Below are positions 62,903 to 64,000 of a stretch of DNA of 64,000 nucleotides, piece by piece (within the stretch, counting starts at the first letter, position 1; the number at the start of each line of letters is the position of its first letter). The DNA comes from an uncultured Planctomycetota bacterium. GTDB lineage: Bacteria; Planctomycetota; Planctomycetia; Isosphaerales; Isosphaeraceae. The notes beneath the pieces were generated by a model. That model was not told where the DNA came from and searched no databases. It worked only from the letters and a program-made list of their open reading frames with translations. The DNA lies in the NCBI GenBank assembly GCA_963823665.1, contig CAWGMQ010000008.1, positions 1,728,001 to 1,792,000 on the forward strand. Direction: 5' to 3'. Position numbers and translations under genes: made by a program.

Positions 62903-63155
62903 TAAGTCTGGCGGCCGCTACCGAGGAATGACGATAGCATTCATGTTATCGCGGTCGCTCCCATGGCAGGCTGAGGACGGTTGCATTGATTCAATCGAGT
63001 GCACCTGAATTCGCCTTGTCGTACCTCCAATTGGGAATATAGTCTGGGTTTTACGCTAAAAGAGGCACGGAGATAATGACTATGCGGCAGGATAAGCGCG
63101 AAAGCGAGGAAACGTGGTGCGTGGTTGGCTTGGCGCAATCTAGTGTAAATTGATG

Positions 63156-63184
63156 TTGACCGACAAATTCTTGGCTGCTATGAT
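63156..63184 (+). promoter_or_regulatory. Sigma70-like promoter TTGACC-N17-TATGAT
   Basis: Near-consensus hexamers with 17-bp spacer in an AT-rich intergenic stretch upstream of 63271. Confidence 0.6.
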
Positions 63185-63270
63185 GGATGTGAGCGATCGA
63201 TAATGAAGGGGGGAAAGCGATGAGGTTGAATAGCGGCGGGCCAGGGAGTCGGAGAGAGGAGAGTGCGAGG

Positions 63271-63546
63271 ATGGACTCTGAAATGGTGGTGGCCGGCGCA
63301 ATCATCGACTCCTGGATTGAGCCGACGCGGTCGAAGGCGGATACGACTCGCCTGGTCTTGCAAGTGGCTCCGCGCGAGCGGCCCAAGGATCTGGTGATCG
63401 TCGAGGCCGAGCCTTCGCTTGTACCGGATCGCTTCTGGCTGGAGGATCTGAGCGAGAACCTCTGCCACGGGAGCCCGGTGCTGGCCGTCGGGCGGCAGTG
63501 TTTCAACGGCTTTTTCGCGGCGACGCGGCTGCAACTGGCGCGGTGA
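63271..63546 (+). CDS. Small hypothetical protein, possible OB fold
   Basis: Purine-rich RBS; VVAGAI..LVLQV..LCHGSPVLAVGR pattern resembles SSB/PriB-type OB folds. Confidence 0.55.
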   Translation: MDSEMVVAGAIIDSWIEPTRSKADTTRLVLQVAPRERPKDLVIVEAEPSLVPDRFWLEDLSENLCHGSPVLAVGRQCFNGFFAATRLQLAR

Positions 63547-63630
63547 TCAAGATCGTCGTCACGACATCGTGATTGCTGTCGAAGGCGCTCTGGCGGTTGC
63601 TCGTTGCCGAGCGTCGCACGCCATTCGGCC

Positions 63631-63840
63631 TCATTCCTTGCCGGGTTCTGTGGACCGGGGGAGCAGGTCGCGGGCGTCTGTCGGATCGAGGAGATCGTCG
63701 GGCTCGGCATGGGCTCGGAGCAAGGCTTCGACGCGGCGCCGCAGCCGAAGATCGCCGGCGCAGGCCTCGGCGAGGAAGGCGGCACGCTCGGCTTCGTTCG
63801 GCATGTCGAGGGCGGCGATGAAGATCGCGGCTTCGCTCAT
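63631..63840 (-). CDS. Stand-alone (or remnant) N-terminal module of planctomycete ECF-associated Ser/Thr kinases
   Basis: IFIAALD..ERAAFLAEACAGDLRLRRRVEALLRAH; no kinase domain follows. Confidence 0.6.
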   Translation of the reverse strand: MSEAAIFIAALDMPNEAERAAFLAEACAGDLRLRRRVEALLRAHAEPDDLLDPTDARDLLPRSTEPGKE

Positions 63841-64000
63841 GATCCTGGCCCCTTTCGCGTCGACGGCTCACGGTCGACCCGAGAGTCAATGCGCCTTCGG
63901 CGGAGGGAAAGCACCATGCTCGCGAGAATTTTTCTTGCGAGATCTCGGTGCGGAGCGGGGCCCGCGCGGGCGCCGCGGAGCCGCCGCGGCGTTCTCCGTT

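Noticed and set aside
1..64000. tRNA, rRNA or riboswitch (for example a cobalamin riboswitch near the CarH-like gene)
   Set aside because: No recognisable conserved motifs by eye; an Infernal/Rfam scan would be needed to exclude them.

Overview
High-GC bacterial DNA, inferred to be from a planctomycete (Isosphaeraceae-like). The inference rests on an ECF sigma factor with a long C-terminal extension, an LExLExRxLL-type export motif, DUF4058, and an ECF-associated Ser/Thr kinase N-terminal motif. From left to right the window holds: the 5' part of a PfaA-like type I PKS with N-terminal FabK-like domains; two ECF sigma factors; two crtI/crtN-family desaturases with a divergent CarH/LitR-like regulator whose B12-ligand His is replaced by Tyr; a GNAT toxin-antitoxin pair; several hydrolases; a tandem array of four paralogous secreted-protein genes (26.8-32.2 kb); and a polymorphic-toxin cassette region (33.4-41.2 kb). 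In that region repeated constant gene fragments carry different C-terminal effectors (HINT plus PD-(D/E)xK nuclease; His/Cys protease-like domain) with candidate immunity genes. Each cassette's 5' edge sits on a REP-like repeat, next to a truncated REP-associated tyrosine transposase. The rest contains a large beta-helix/DUF11/Calx-beta surface protein, a HAD/deoxyhypusine-synthase-like/PfkB operon and metabolic genes. At least five REP-like hairpin families occur. About ten genes carry 1-2 nt frameshifts, probably long-read consensus errors. No rRNA, tRNA or CRISPR array was recognised. All product calls come from motif recognition by eye; no database search was run.
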